Shown piece by piece: positions 1-10,135 of a DNA stretch of 64,000 nt. The notes beneath the pieces were generated by a model. The model did no database searches and was not told where the DNA came from. It saw only the letters and a program-made list of their open reading frames with translations. Source of the DNA: Candidatus Sumerlaeaceae bacterium. Its GTDB lineage: Bacteria > Sumerlaeota > Sumerlaeia > Sumerlaeales > Sumerlaeaceae. The translations under genes and the position numbers were made by a program. The first letter of the stretch is position 1, and each line of letters begins with the position of its first letter. The stretch lies in NCBI GenBank assembly GCA_051003195.1, contig JBPCLP010000058.1, positions 39,408 to 103,407 of the forward strand, read 5' to 3'.

Positions 1-1
1 C

Positions 2-1111
2 CGGATTCTGGTGCACCGGGGTTACCTTACAATGGACCAGTTGCGTCAGGCGATTCGTTTGCAGCTGGAAGAAGAGCTCTGGGATCTGTTCTCCCTGCGT
101 GAAGGATCGTTTAAGTTCGAACATGGCGACGAGGCAACCATCGGCAGCGACAGCGTTGTGGAACTGGAGATCGAACCGCTCATCCTCGAGGGAACGCGCC
201 GGCAGGACGAATGGTCACGCATCGTTCGCAATATCCCGAGCGATTCGGCCATTCCTTACGTCGTCTCGCTTTCCGACCCAGAGGACCGTGAACTTCTTCA
301 GCTCTCCTCTTCAGAATGGCAGGTACTGTCGCTAATCAATGGAGACTATGACATGGGCTGCATTGCGAATCGCGGTGGCATTGGAAAATTTGAAACTTTT
401 CGAGTGATTAACTCTTTCCTCGCTTCAGGCTTGGTTAAGGTTATGATGCCGACTGAGCCCGTGCCTGCCCGCGTACCGCTGGAGGAGAGCGCGGAAAGTT
501 TCTCGGCTGCAAAGAATGGAAACGGCTCCGCGTCATCAGAAGAGCGCACTCCACCGGGGCTCGGTTCATCGGCACGCCTGGCTTCGCTTTTCACTCGGTG
601 GCGCGAAAGCGACTCTTCTGGTAATCTGATGCCACCACCCGACTCGGACGCACCCACTACGCGCCCGCGTGGTCAGCTATCGTTTGTGTCGCCGGTATCC
701 TTTGTCGTGGCGACGTGTAATGCCGTCCTGGGTGAGCTGATGCGGCAGCCCGATTTTGTCATCGATCCGCGCGACGAACGCATTGGCGAGCGCTACTGGC
801 GACAGATCGTGATGGATTTTCCAAAGGCGGATCTTGTTTGGGCAGAAGGAAATTTGCTCAAGGCGGAACGGTTTGACCGATATATTGAGTCGGTTGGCGT
901 CGACGGACCTATGCGCGGTATCTACACCGATACCATGGAAGCGTTGTCTCGCTACTTGAGAACGTGCTATATGTTGGCGGCGCAACGCCTGGGCACAAAG
1001 GTTGCCCGCCGTACGTTTGCATCACTGCTGGAGGATTTCCGCCAGAGATCCAAGGTGTTAAATGCCGAGGATTTCTTCTTCAATGAATATGCAACGAGAG
1101 CCCTGGCATGA
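2..1111 (+). CDS. DUF4388 (PatA-N-like) domain protein, 5' end cut off by the window edge
   Basis: Frame is open from position 2 (RILVHRGYLT...). It has LFSLREGSFKF and LILEGTRRQDEW motifs typical of DUF4388 proteins, followed by a wHTH-like segment (EWQVLSLING...L..GLV). Confidence 0.7.
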   Translation, partial: RILVHRGYLTMDQLRQAIRLQLEEELWDLFSLREGSFKFEHGDEATIGSDSVVELEIEPLILEGTRRQDEWSRIVRNIPSDSAIPYVVSLSDPEDRELLQLSSSEWQVLSLINGDYDMGCIANRGGIGKFETFRVINSFLASGLVKVMMPTEPVPARVPLEESAESFSAAKNGNGSASSEERTPPGLGSSARLASLFTRWRESDSSGNLMPPPDSDAPTTRPRGQLSFVSPVSFVVATCNAVLGELMRQPDFVIDPRDERIGERYWRQIVMDFPKADLVWAEGNLLKAERFDRYIESVGVDGPMRGIYTDTMEALSRYLRTCYMLAAQRLGTKVARRTFASLLEDFRQRSKVLNAEDFFFNEYATRALA

Positions 1112-1135
1112 TGCTTAGTACACAGGAGGGCTACC

Positions 1136-2410
1136 GTGGCCGGTGAGAGCATACTCGTGGTGGATGACAGCGTCGCGGTACAGGAGCTGTGCAAAAACGT
1201 GCTGGAGAGCGGCGGTTACCGTGTCAGCGTTGCCTCCAACGGCGTGGCGGCGCTTTCGTACCCGGATTTACCCGACATCGACTTACTGATCATCGATACT
1301 CACCTGCGCGATATCAGCGGTTATGAGGCCGCTAAACAGATCAAAACGGACGAGGAGCTATTCCGCAAGCCGGTACTTCTCCTGTTGCCGGAGGAAGCTT
1401 CGACGGACCGTGAGAGCCAGGATCTGCTCGGCGCGAATTCGTTTCTAAAGAAGCCATTTGAAGCCAATCACCTGCTGAACAAGGTGCAGATGCTGCTAGA
1501 GGAGAAAGAGATCCTCGAGCGCGGCCGCGAGTACTTGCGGAAAGCCGCTGATGACCTGATGAAGCGTATGGCAGAGACGCACATCCAGCAGGCAGTGGAC
1601 CAGAAAACACAGATCATGATAGAGCGCGCCTTACAAATGGTTGTCACGCAAGTCGACTTGCGCGCTCGCCGCGAAGTGGACTCGAAGGTGACGCAGCTGA
1701 CCACGGAGAAGGAACAGGAACTGGTGAAAGTGACTGTTCACGAAGTCGCCCGAAGCATGGTGGAAAAAATAGCCGAGAAGCGCGTAAAGGAGTCGATGGA
1801 TCTTATCCTCCAGGACGAGACCGAGAAAGCGGTTCGACGCGCAGCTGAGAGCATTCTCCCAAACTCGGCACGCGAACGCGTTAAGGAAAGCATTGAGCAG
1901 CTTTTGCCGAAGGAGGTTACTCGGCGCGTCGCAAAGGAAGCCGAGGACCTCGTTCCGGAGGCGTCACAGAAAGTGGTGCTGGTCATTGAATCTGCGGCCC
2001 AAAAGCTCGTGCCAAAAATCGCAAAAGACATCGTTGTGGAGCTGACCGATCGGCACCTCGCCTCGGCCATTGATTCGCAACTGCCCAGGCACGTCCAGGG
2101 AATGGTGGCGACAGAACTGGATGCACAGGTACGACTGAAGCTTGCGCCGTTGGTACGTGAGGCTACGGACAAGGTGCGCAAGCGGATAACGTTTCTGCTT
2201 ACAACCATGCTGATCATATTGACGCTCGCGACAGGTTTGCTAGTCGCCGATTATTTATTTGGGCCCTTCATTCCCCGCAGGGAACGAGCCACGGTGAAGC
2301 AGCCAGTGACGGCGCAACCGGCGCCAAAAAACCCTCTGGAGGAATTGTTTGGCGGGCGTTTCAAGAAAGCCCTGCAACCGCCGGCTGAAGCCGAGGCTCC
2401 GAAGAAATAG
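1136..2410 (+). CDS. Response-regulator receiver protein with long helical-repeat region and C-terminal transmembrane helix
   Basis: GTG start after AGGAGG. N-terminal REC domain (ILVVDDS...DLLIID...KKPF), then a coiled-coil/helical-repeat region and a hydrophobic segment ITFLLTTMLIILTLATGLLVADYLF. Confidence 0.8.
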   Translation: MAGESILVVDDSVAVQELCKNVLESGGYRVSVASNGVAALSYPDLPDIDLLIIDTHLRDISGYEAAKQIKTDEELFRKPVLLLLPEEASTDRESQDLLGANSFLKKPFEANHLLNKVQMLLEEKEILERGREYLRKAADDLMKRMAETHIQQAVDQKTQIMIERALQMVVTQVDLRARREVDSKVTQLTTEKEQELVKVTVHEVARSMVEKIAEKRVKESMDLILQDETEKAVRRAAESILPNSARERVKESIEQLLPKEVTRRVAKEAEDLVPEASQKVVLVIESAAQKLVPKIAKDIVVELTDRHLASAIDSQLPRHVQGMVATELDAQVRLKLAPLVREATDKVRKRITFLLTTMLIILTLATGLLVADYLFGPFIPRRERATVKQPVTAQPAPKNPLEELFGGRFKKALQPPAEAEAPKK

Positions 2411-2452
2411 CACGTTTGCGCACGTGCTGCAACCTGCGCTCCTGGCTTTTGA

Positions 2453-2905
2453 TCAGCAGCCGAACTGGCGCAGGTGATGATCCAGGTGCTTGCCCTGAAT
2501 TCGAGCACAATATTCTAAAGTGATTTGCCCGAGTATCGGGCTTGAAACAAACTGCCCCGGGTCTGCAGAAACCCTATCTACAAACCGCCGTATTACCGCA
2601 AAAAGTTGCGCTTTCTCCTCCTCAAAAGAACACAGTTCATCGTCGAGCATCCTTACCGGAGGATTGATTCTTCCCTTCGGCCACGGAAGAGCGACCATCA
2701 TCCAGCGAGCCGCTCCGGTGCGCGTAAACCTGTTGCTGAAGTCCGGTGCCGATCTTTCACCCAGAGGGACTTCCAACAGCTGGCGCACGTGATTGAGCAT
2801 CTGGTGCGCAGTCATCGAGCCCCACTGACGTGTCGAAGACTCAGAAAGCTGATTAAACCGATCAATGTAGCGCTGTAGTGATGTGGCTGTAAGGGGAATT
2901 GTCAT
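2453..2905 (-). CDS. DUF1569 / DinB-like superfamily protein
   Basis: WGSMTAHQMLNH at the N-terminus and KHLDHHLRQFG at the C-terminus; GGAGG RBS upstream. Confidence 0.8.
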   Translation of the reverse strand: MTIPLTATSLQRYIDRFNQLSESSTRQWGSMTAHQMLNHVRQLLEVPLGERSAPDFSNRFTRTGAARWMMVALPWPKGRINPPVRMLDDELCSFEEEKAQLFAVIRRFVDRVSADPGQFVSSPILGQITLEYCARIQGKHLDHHLRQFGC

Positions 2906-3005
2906 CCGTTATCGCCTCCATTTTTGATGCGACATACGCTTCGCGATGAAGACTGGCGGTGATTGGCTCTCGCCGCTCCACGACGACACTCCTGCAACAA
3001 AGCCG

Positions 3006-5981
3006 CTAAAGCAGTTCACGGAGAAAACGACCTGTATGGCTCGCATCAATAGCTGCCAGTTGTGCTGGCGGGCACGCTGCAACCAGGTATCCGCCGTCGT
3101 CGCCCGCTTCCGGACCAAGGTCGACGACCCAATCGGCATGGCGGATAATCTCGAGATTGTGCTCGATTACGATAAGCGAGTAACCAAGAGAGACGAGCCG
3201 ACGAAACACGCCGGCTAAAACGTAAAGATCGGCCAGGTGAAGACCTGTGGTGGGTTCGTCAAATATCATGAGCGTGCGCGGGCCGGCAGACGTGCTGCCG
3301 GACAAGTGCGATGCGAGTTTCAACCGCTGGGCTTCACCGCCCGAAAGCGTAGAAGTATTCTGGCCAAGCGTTAAATAACCCAGCCCGACTTCACGGAGCG
3401 GCGCCAGCCGCCGGATCGCCGTGGTGTGCTCCTGAAAAAACTCGGTTGCATCATCAACGGTCATGCCGAGGATTTCATCGACGTTTTTACCTTTGTATTT
3501 TACCTCCAGGACGCGCGGCGAAAACCGTTTTCCGCCGCAAACCTCACATGGTAATGTGACTTCAGCCAGGAAGTGCATGTCGTAGGTCGTGACGCCAGTG
3601 CCCTCGCACGCCTCGCAACGGCCACCTTGCACGTTGAAGGAGAATGCCGATTCTGTAATTCCCAGCGACCTGGCCTCGCGCGTCGATGCAAGCAGCTTTC
3701 GAATCGGATCATACGCTTTAACATACGTGACCGGGTTGGATCGTGTTGAACGTCCAATGGCAGACTGGTCGATCAGGCAAATTTCGTCGAGCTGCTCCAG
3801 GCCTTCGATGCGTTCGCAGGCACCGAGGTCCTCAACGGCGCGCTTTGCGTACTGATTGAAACCTTCGTATAACACATTGTGAATGAGCGTTGTTTTTCCA
3901 CTGCCGGAGACACCCGTTACGCAGACCCATTTACCGAGTGGAATGTCGACGGTCACGTTTTTCAGGTTGTGCTCGCGAGCGGACACAATGCGCAGATGCG
4001 GGCCGGACAGTGCGTCCACGACTGAAGGATCCTGCAATGGGCGCTTTGATTTCGGTGTCCGTTTGACTGCTCCTGCCCCGTTGCTCTTTTGCAGGTACTT
4101 CGCAGTCAGGCCATGCGCCCCATTGCCTGTGAGCTGGGCAGGAGTTCCTTCAAAGACAAGTTCGCCGCCGCGAGACCCCGCAGCAGGGCCAATGTCTAGA
4201 ATACGGTCAGCTCCCAGAATGATCTCGGGGTCGTGCTCCACGACAACAAGGGTGTTTCCTTTGTCGCGAAGGTCGCGCAGGATTTCAAGAAGGCGGCGCG
4301 AATCGCGAGGGTGCAGGCCAACTGTCGGTTCGTCCAGCACGTAGAGGGTTTGCGTAAGGGCGGTGCCGAGTGCCGTCGCCAGGTTAATGCGCTGTGCTTC
4401 GCCTCCTGAAAGCGTTCGTGTTTGTCGATCCAGCGAGAGATATCCAAGGCCCACCCGAAAAAGGTAAGTCAGCCGTGCGGTAACCTCGCGATGCACGCGG
4501 CCATACAACTCCTCTTCGTGCGGCGTCAGCTTCATAGCATCCAGCTGCGCAAGCAAATCGCGGATGCTGAGGCGCAACAGTTGCCCGATGTGACGCCGGG
4601 GCATCGAGCCATCCTGCGGCGCCCAGAAAACATTAAGCGCTTCGGGAACCAGCCTTGTTCCACGACAAGCCGGGCAGGCGGTGTAGCCCCTGTAGCGGGC
4701 GGTCAGGATACGCGACTGTACCTTGTACCGCTCTGAGTCCAGCCAGTCGAAAAAGGCCTGCACTCCCTCCAGTTTACCGCGGCCGAACTTTATCAGGTCC
4801 AGCTGCTCTGGATCCAAATCCTGCAGCGCAACGTCCCACGGGATTTTGGCCGCCTTGATCGTCTCTCGAATCCATTTATAGTTTTTGCGATAGGAGGGGG
4901 AATTGAACGGCGCAACGAAGTCGTCACTGCAAGTCAGGGTCATGTCGGAAAAAACCTTGTCCCAATCCACGCCGGTGACGCGGCCAAAACCGCTGCACTT
5001 CGAGCATGCGCCCAGAGGAGAGTTGAAGGAGAAAAGGTTCGGTTCCGGGCGCGGGAAATCTCGTCCGCAACGATTGCAGCGAAAGCCAGAATGAAATACG
5101 AATCGAGAACCAACCGCCCCGGGCGCTGTCACCTCTGCGGGAACAATTTCAGCGGTGCCGCGTCCGGCCTGAAAAGCCGTGGCGATAGCTGAAGTAACGC
5201 GGTCGAGATCGTCTGGGGTGGCAACGAGGCGATCCACAATAACGCGTACGATGTCTGTGGATAGAGCGGTCTGGACTTCATCGGATGAAGCTTCGTCGAG
5301 ATTGAGGAAAGCCCGACGCGGCGGCCCTTCTGCAGCAAGTGGAAGATCGTCAGCAACCGGGACAGATTTCCTGGTGCGGGATTTCGAGGGCTTTGCTGCC
5401 GATACAGCCTCGAGTGCCTGTGGTTGCAGATAAATCCGATTGAAGCCTGCGCGGACGAGCTCCGCTTTGAGTGCTTCGGCGGTCACTGTTTCAGAGCGCG
5501 GCACCGGTGCGATGATGTAGAGCCGCTGTTCAGACATCTGCGCGAGAAGCGATTGGGCGACCGACTGCGGCGAATCCTCACCAACCTCAAGCTGACAGTC
5601 GGGACATATCGTAACTCCCCCCTTGGCATACAGCAGGCGCAGGTAGTCGGCAATTTCCGTGGCCGTGCCGATGGTGGACCGCGCGTTTTTCACCCGATTA
5701 ATCTGTTCGATCGCGATGGCGGGCTGAACGTTTCGCACCTGGTCCACGTCGGGGCGTTCCATCTTTTCGATGAATTGCCGCGCGTAGGTGCTCATGCTCT
5801 CAACGAAACGGCGCTGCCCCTCAGCGTAGAGCGTATCAAATGCGAGCGACGATTTCCCGCTGCCGGATGGACCCGTGATCACGGTGAGCTTTCCCAGCGG
5901 AATGTTCACCGAGATGTTCTTCAGGTTATGCGTGCGCGCACCGAGTATCTCGATCGACTTATTTAATGCGCGGGGGGACAC
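3006..5981 (-). CDS. uvrA: Excinuclease ABC subunit A
   Basis: [10 protein letters not shown], two Walker A motifs ([18 protein letters not shown]), two LSGGEAQR signatures, CxxC zinc fingers, LDEPTVGLH and FDEPTTGLH. Confidence 0.95.
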   Translation of the reverse strand: MSPRALNKSIEILGARTHNLKNISVNIPLGKLTVITGPSGSGKSSLAFDTLYAEGQRRFVESMSTYARQFIEKMERPDVDQVRNVQPAIAIEQINRVKNARSTIGTATEIADYLRLLYAKGGVTICPDCQLEVGEDSPQSVAQSLLAQMSEQRLYIIAPVPRSETVTAEALKAELVRAGFNRIYLQPQALEAVSAAKPSKSRTRKSVPVADDLPLAAEGPPRRAFLNLDEASSDEVQTALSTDIVRVIVDRLVATPDDLDRVTSAIATAFQAGRGTAEIVPAEVTAPGAVGSRFVFHSGFRCNRCGRDFPRPEPNLFSFNSPLGACSKCSGFGRVTGVDWDKVFSDMTLTCSDDFVAPFNSPSYRKNYKWIRETIKAAKIPWDVALQDLDPEQLDLIKFGRGKLEGVQAFFDWLDSERYKVQSRILTARYRGYTACPACRGTRLVPEALNVFWAPQDGSMPRRHIGQLLRLSIRDLLAQLDAMKLTPHEEELYGRVHREVTARLTYLFRVGLGYLSLDRQTRTLSGGEAQRINLATALGTALTQTLYVLDEPTVGLHPRDSRRLLEILRDLRDKGNTLVVVEHDPEIILGADRILDIGPAAGSRGGELVFEGTPAQLTGNGAHGLTAKYLQKSNGAGAVKRTPKSKRPLQDPSVVDALSGPHLRIVSAREHNLKNVTVDIPLGKWVCVTGVSGSGKTTLIHNVLYEGFNQYAKRAVEDLGACERIEGLEQLDEICLIDQSAIGRSTRSNPVTYVKAYDPIRKLLASTREARSLGITESAFSFNVQGGRCEACEGTGVTTYDMHFLAEVTLPCEVCGGKRFSPRVLEVKYKGKNVDEILGMTVDDATEFFQEHTTAIRRLAPLREVGLGYLTLGQNTSTLSGGEAQRLKLASHLSGSTSAGPRTLMIFDEPTTGLHLADLYVLAGVFRRLVSLGYSLIVIEHNLEIIRHADWVVDLGPEAGDDGGYLVAACPPAQLAAIDASHTGRFLRELL

Positions 5982-6046
5982 CGGATTCTATACAGATGCG
6001 CGGGGAAAAATTGCCCTTAACGTGCGACTGATTTTGACTACGCTCA

Positions 6047-6661
6047 TCATTTCTTTTTTGGCAGTACGGTGGCCACGAGTTTGTAGCAGAATCCGTTGTA
6101 TGGCTCGCCGACGCTGACCGTGAGCAGTGCACCGTGTGGGCTGTGGGTGATTGGCACATCATCCTGCGTAACGGGAAGGTCGTACTGCTGTCCAGCGCAG
6201 GCAAAGCTGACCCTCAACTGGGAACTGCCACTGCTGGTTGGCCGCGTCGAGAGGTAGTATTTCTCCATTTCGAGCACGGCGAGCGAGCTGGCGAGGGCTG
6301 CACTTTCAGCCACTTTGTTCTGCGTGCATCCGAAGAGCGCCGGTCCGACAAGGCGGTTTGTGCGGACCAGCGCCAGGTCTGCTGCACTAATTCTTCGCAC
6401 GTAACGCAACGGCTGGTTGGCGAAGAGCATGTCTTCCGGGTGAATGGGCGATGCCGCGGAGTCGCGCAGGTCGACGGCGAAGACATCCAGCGGCTGCACA
6501 AATCGTTCGATGTCGAGCTTGCACTGGGCGGGTGTCAGCTCGGTGTGCGGGGGCTTGCAGGCGAGCCGAACCCAGCCGCCGCCATCGGTGCGCAGGCCGG
6601 CTACGCAGCGCCCGCCGTGCTTTCGGGAGTTAGCGAGACATATGATTTCCGTCCAGGCCAT
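6047..6661 (-). CDS. Dual OB-fold domain protein (DuOB-like)
   Basis: Probable ATG start at 6661, just after the upstream DUF488 stop (the ORF track extends to 6823 by overlap). N-terminal [18 protein letters not shown]...GWVR and C-terminal YDLPVTQD...[18 protein letters not shown] match this family as I recall it. Confidence 0.7.
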   Translation of the reverse strand: MAWTEIICLANSRKHGGRCVAGLRTDGGGWVRLACKPPHTELTPAQCKLDIERFVQPLDVFAVDLRDSAASPIHPEDMLFANQPLRYVRRISAADLALVRTNRLVGPALFGCTQNKVAESAALASSLAVLEMEKYYLSTRPTSSGSSQLRVSFACAGQQYDLPVTQDDVPITHSPHGALLTVSVGEPYNGFCYKLVATVLPKKK

Positions 6662-6665
6662 GGCT

Positions 6666-7106
6666 TCACAGGTGGATGATTTTGACGTCGCCCCACTTGC
6701 ATTGCAGGTGTTCGGCGACCAGGCGGCGATGGCAGTTATCGGGTTCGGGCTCTGAGCATAGAAGGACGGTGGGCTTTGCAAAGAAGTCGCGCGGGATGTG
6801 GTCCTCAATGCGGCGATCGGCAATCAGGGCGTTAAACTCGGTCTCGTACTCATCCCAGGGAATTGTCTTCCGCCGTTTGTACGCGGCCAACATTTCTTCG
6901 GAAGGAGCGAGCAACGGCTCGTGCCGGTATTCAATGTCCGCAATTTCGTGCAGGAAATACTCGAGGTCCTGCTGCTTGGTAAAACCAGCCAGCTGAGATG
7001 CGTTGTGCAGTCGCACGTCCACGAGTCGCTTTATTCCAGATCCTCGAAGTATTCCGAAGAACTCTCGCGCTGTCTTTTTAGTAAACCCGATTGTATAGAT
7101 TTCCAT
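6666..7106 (-). CDS. DUF488 family protein (second subfamily type)
   Basis: IYTIGFTKK, DVRLHNASQLAGF and LLCSEPEPDNCHRRLVAE (C-x-E-x5-CHR motif). Confidence 0.85.
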   Translation of the reverse strand: MEIYTIGFTKKTAREFFGILRGSGIKRLVDVRLHNASQLAGFTKQQDLEYFLHEIADIEYRHEPLLAPSEEMLAAYKRRKTIPWDEYETEFNALIADRRIEDHIPRDFFAKPTVLLCSEPEPDNCHRRLVAEHLQCKWGDVKIIHL

Positions 7107-7654
7107 GTGCTTTCTTCCGGCTCGTCGAAGAGTACGTTAGCAAAACTTGGTTGAACAATTTTGGCGCGCTCGGCCTTGCGAATTTCGGTCTCCGGCTCGA
7201 TGCGCTGATCGCCGCGGATGTGGAAAACATCGATGTCGCGGTCCATCAGCACGCGTGTGATCAGGTGTCGTCGGTGACACATAGACGGGTCTTCTTCGGA
7301 ACACATCATGGCGACGCGCAGTTTTGTGGCGCCGGAGATCAGGCGGTCGATGCCGGACTGGAACGTCTCCAACGCGGCAATGCGATCATACAGTGCGTGC
7401 CCCTTTTCGTCATAAAAGTAATCGCTGTCCGGCTGACCGCCGAGTTCCTTGCCCAGGAAGACGTACTTGATGCCGGCGTGTTTCAGGAGTGCGCGGAGCG
7501 GGTCCTGTGAAAAGTGCGGGCAGTATTTCGAGTATGGCCTGCTGCGCACATCGGCAATGGCTTCGACGCCGTGCGCCCGCAGCAGCGCGAGAAACTGGTC
7601 TTCCGTCTGGTTGGAGTGGCCGACGGAGAAGATGCGGAGGGGCTGATCACTCAT
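7031..7654 (-). CDS. DUF488 family protein
   Basis: IFSVGHSN, DVRSRPYS, ELGG and MCSEEDPSMCHRRHLI motifs. Confidence 0.88.
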   Translation of the reverse strand: MSDQPLRIFSVGHSNQTEDQFLALLRAHGVEAIADVRSRPYSKYCPHFSQDPLRALLKHAGIKYVFLGKELGGQPDSDYFYDEKGHALYDRIAALETFQSGIDRLISGATKLRVAMMCSEEDPSMCHRRHLITRVLMDRDIDVFHIRGDQRIEPETEIRKAERAKIVQPSFANVLFDEPEESTWKSIQSGLLKRQRESSSEYFEDLE

Positions 7655-8693
7655 CGCGCTTGGTTTCTTCGCGACGCTTTGAAAGCTGTTTCAGTGCCTC
7701 GTCCAGAATCTCTGCATTAGCTGTTTCTGCGTCGGCTGCCAAGCGCCAGGTGTGAAATTTATCATATTCCTCCTGCGCGAGTCGGTCTGCTACTTCGCGA
7801 CTCACATGTCCTGGATTATCCAGTATATCGCGCTCGTTAAATTTCAGGAATGCATCCAGCCGGTTGCGCCAGTCACTCATGTAGAGCACGCGGCGCCGCT
7901 TGGCTTGGTCCTCAGCGTAATCTAGATACATTCCGACTATGCGGTTCAGCTCGTCTATCTCCTGGGCCTCCAGGTAGTTTTTCGCGACAGTGACATCGGT
8001 TTTTCGAACTTTCGTTCCCTTCCAATTGGTCAATCCCATGTTCGGCTGTCGGTGGTCGGCACGCGAAGCGATCAACTCGGGTGCGGTGGCATGGGTCACT
8101 GTCCAAAGCAGCTTGTTCTGGATTGTCTGAAAGAACTGCTGCGTTTCCTCAGCATTTGGCTGGTAGTCCGCGGCGAGCGCAAAAATGTTGCGAACCTTAA
8201 GATAGAGCCGTTTCTCACTGGAACGGATATCACGTATACGGTGAAGAAGCTCATCAAAGTAATCCGGAACGTCTGGCCCTGGCGGGTTCTTCAGACGTTC
8301 GTCATCCATGACGAAACCCTTAATCATATACTCTTTTAGCCGAACGGTCGCCCACTGCCGAAACTCGGTTCCTACGTGCGAACGTACGCGATAACCGACC
8401 GCCAGAACCATTTCCAGGCTGTAGTGCTCGACCTCTCGCTCGATCTGGCGCTGGCCTTCCCTTTGAACTATTCGATACTTTCGAATAGTTGCCTTCGGAT
8501 CAAGCTCGCCGTTTTCCAGAATGCTCTTAATATGGTAGTTAACTGTGTTAACTCCAACATTGTAGAGTTCGCCCATAAGTCGCTGCGTAAGCCACAGGTT
8601 CGAGTCTATAAAACGACAATCTACCTGGACCGACCCATCGTCACGACGAAAAATTACTAGTTCCCCAATGGATTCGGAACTCTTGTACGCCAT
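7647..8693 (-). CDS. RhuM family protein (virulence RhuM-like, predicted DNA-binding)
   Basis: LWLTQRLMGELY, AVGYRVRS..G..FRQWAT..L.EY..KGF.MDDERLK, DYFDELL.RIRDIRSSEKR.Y, QNKL, TVAKNYL...EI..LNR. Confidence 0.9.
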   Translation of the reverse strand: MAYKSSESIGELVIFRRDDGSVQVDCRFIDSNLWLTQRLMGELYNVGVNTVNYHIKSILENGELDPKATIRKYRIVQREGQRQIEREVEHYSLEMVLAVGYRVRSHVGTEFRQWATVRLKEYMIKGFVMDDERLKNPPGPDVPDYFDELLHRIRDIRSSEKRLYLKVRNIFALAADYQPNAEETQQFFQTIQNKLLWTVTHATAPELIASRADHRQPNMGLTNWKGTKVRKTDVTVAKNYLEAQEIDELNRIVGMYLDYAEDQAKRRRVLYMSDWRNRLDAFLKFNERDILDNPGHVSREVADRLAQEEYDKFHTWRLAADAETANAEILDEALKQLSKRREETKRDE

Positions 8694-8734
8694 TGTTTAT
8701 CTCGCCACGTTAGAGCGCTGGATCTAAAACACAA

Positions 8735-9805
8735 CTACTCCTCGCCCGGTTTGCCGGCCAGCATGTCCGGGTTGATCTTTTCTTTGATGAGCTGTTCGAT
8801 ACGTGCGGCGAGTTCGGGGTGTTCGCGCAGGAACTGTTTTCCGTTCTCCCGTCCCTGGCCGATGCGCTCGCCTTCGAACGAGAACCATGCGCCGCTCTTT
8901 TCGATCACCTGGGATGTGACACCGAGATCCATCAGGTCCCCTTCACGCGAAATTCCTTCGCCAAACATGATATCGAATTCGGCTTCGCGGAAGGGAGGCG
9001 CCAACTTGTTCTTCACGACCTTCACGCGGCAGCGATTGCCGACGTTGTCCGTCCCTTCCTTGATGGAACCAATGCGGCGGATGTCGATGCGAACCGACGA
9101 GTAGAACTTCAGCGCGCGACCGCCGGTCGTTGTCTCAGGGCTGCCGAACATCACGCCGATCTTCTCGCGGATCTGGTTAATGAAAATCACACAGGTCTTC
9201 GATTTGCTGATGGCGGCCGTCAGTTTGCGCAGTGCCTGGCTCATAAGGCGCGCCTGCAAGCCAACAAAGCTGTCACCCATCTCGCCTTCAATTTCGGCTT
9301 TGGGTACAAGCGCAGCGACTGAGTCGATCACGATCACATCCACGGCATTCGAACGAACGAGCGTCTCAGTGATGTCCAGTGCCTGCTCGCCCGTATCCGG
9401 CTGCGAAATCAGCAACTCGTCCACGTTGATACCCAGCTTGCGGCAATACCCGGGATCCATGGCATGCTCAGCATCGATGTATGCCGCCACGCCTCCCAGC
9501 TTCTGGGCGCTGGCGACGACATGCAGGGCGAGCGTCGTCTTTCCCGACGACTCGGGTCCATAGATTTCCACGACGCGGCCGCGCGGCATGCCCCACACAC
9601 CCAGCGCACAGTCGATCGAGATGGAACCGGTCGGAATGACCTGCTGGCTCTCGTCGATCGACGATTCGCCATAGCGCATGATGGAGCCTTTGCCGTGATT
9701 GCGTTCTATCTGGGCAAGAGCCAGGTCGAGTGCTTTACTGCGGTTCTGGTCCATACGACTACCATTTGTCGATTCTACGGTATCTGCAGCGGCGCCACGT
9801 GCCAC
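8735..9805 (-). CDS. recA: Recombinase RecA
   Basis: GPESSGKTT Walker [53 protein letters not shown] before the GTG start. Confidence 0.99.
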   Translation of the reverse strand: MARGAAADTVESTNGSRMDQNRSKALDLALAQIERNHGKGSIMRYGESSIDESQQVIPTGSISIDCALGVWGMPRGRVVEIYGPESSGKTTLALHVVASAQKLGGVAAYIDAEHAMDPGYCRKLGINVDELLISQPDTGEQALDITETLVRSNAVDVIVIDSVAALVPKAEIEGEMGDSFVGLQARLMSQALRKLTAAISKSKTCVIFINQIREKIGVMFGSPETTTGGRALKFYSSVRIDIRRIGSIKEGTDNVGNRCRVKVVKNKLAPPFREAEFDIMFGEGISREGDLMDLGVTSQVIEKSGAWFSFEGERIGQGRENGKQFLREHPELAARIEQLIKEKINPDMLAGKPGEE

Positions 9806-9880
9806 GGGAGTGCTCCTTTTGATCGGTGGTAGAACAGCTTATTGGTCCGGTATTGCAACCCGTAAACCGCCGGGGTCAAC

Positions 9881-9896
9881 TAGAAAATATGTTCTA
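9881..9896. promoter_or_regulatory. Candidate LexA (SOS) box upstream of recA
   Basis: Palindrome TAGAAAATATGTTCTA, one mismatch from GAAC-N4-GTTC, about 75 bp upstream of the recA start. Confidence 0.5.
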
Positions 9897-10135
9897 TAGC
9901 GATTTTCTCCAACTGGAGGTCTATTGGAATGCGGATTTTGAACGACACAGATACAGGACGCAGAGAAGAACCCTGAAGTTTCGTGGTTTCGAAATCGTGT
10001 AATGTTGAATACTCACACTTGGTTCTATCCCGGTCGAAAAAATGGCATGAGGTGTTGTCACGGTTGGGGGCGCCGCTCTGGAAAAGTAAAGAGCGAAGGC
10101 CGCTGATGTATTTCCGACCTGCGCGAAGTGTTAGC

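Noticed and set aside
6662..6823. N-terminal extension of the dual-OB ORF (similarly 52999-53244 for the ABC permease)
   Set aside because: It overlaps the upstream gene; family-like sequence starts at the downstream ATG.
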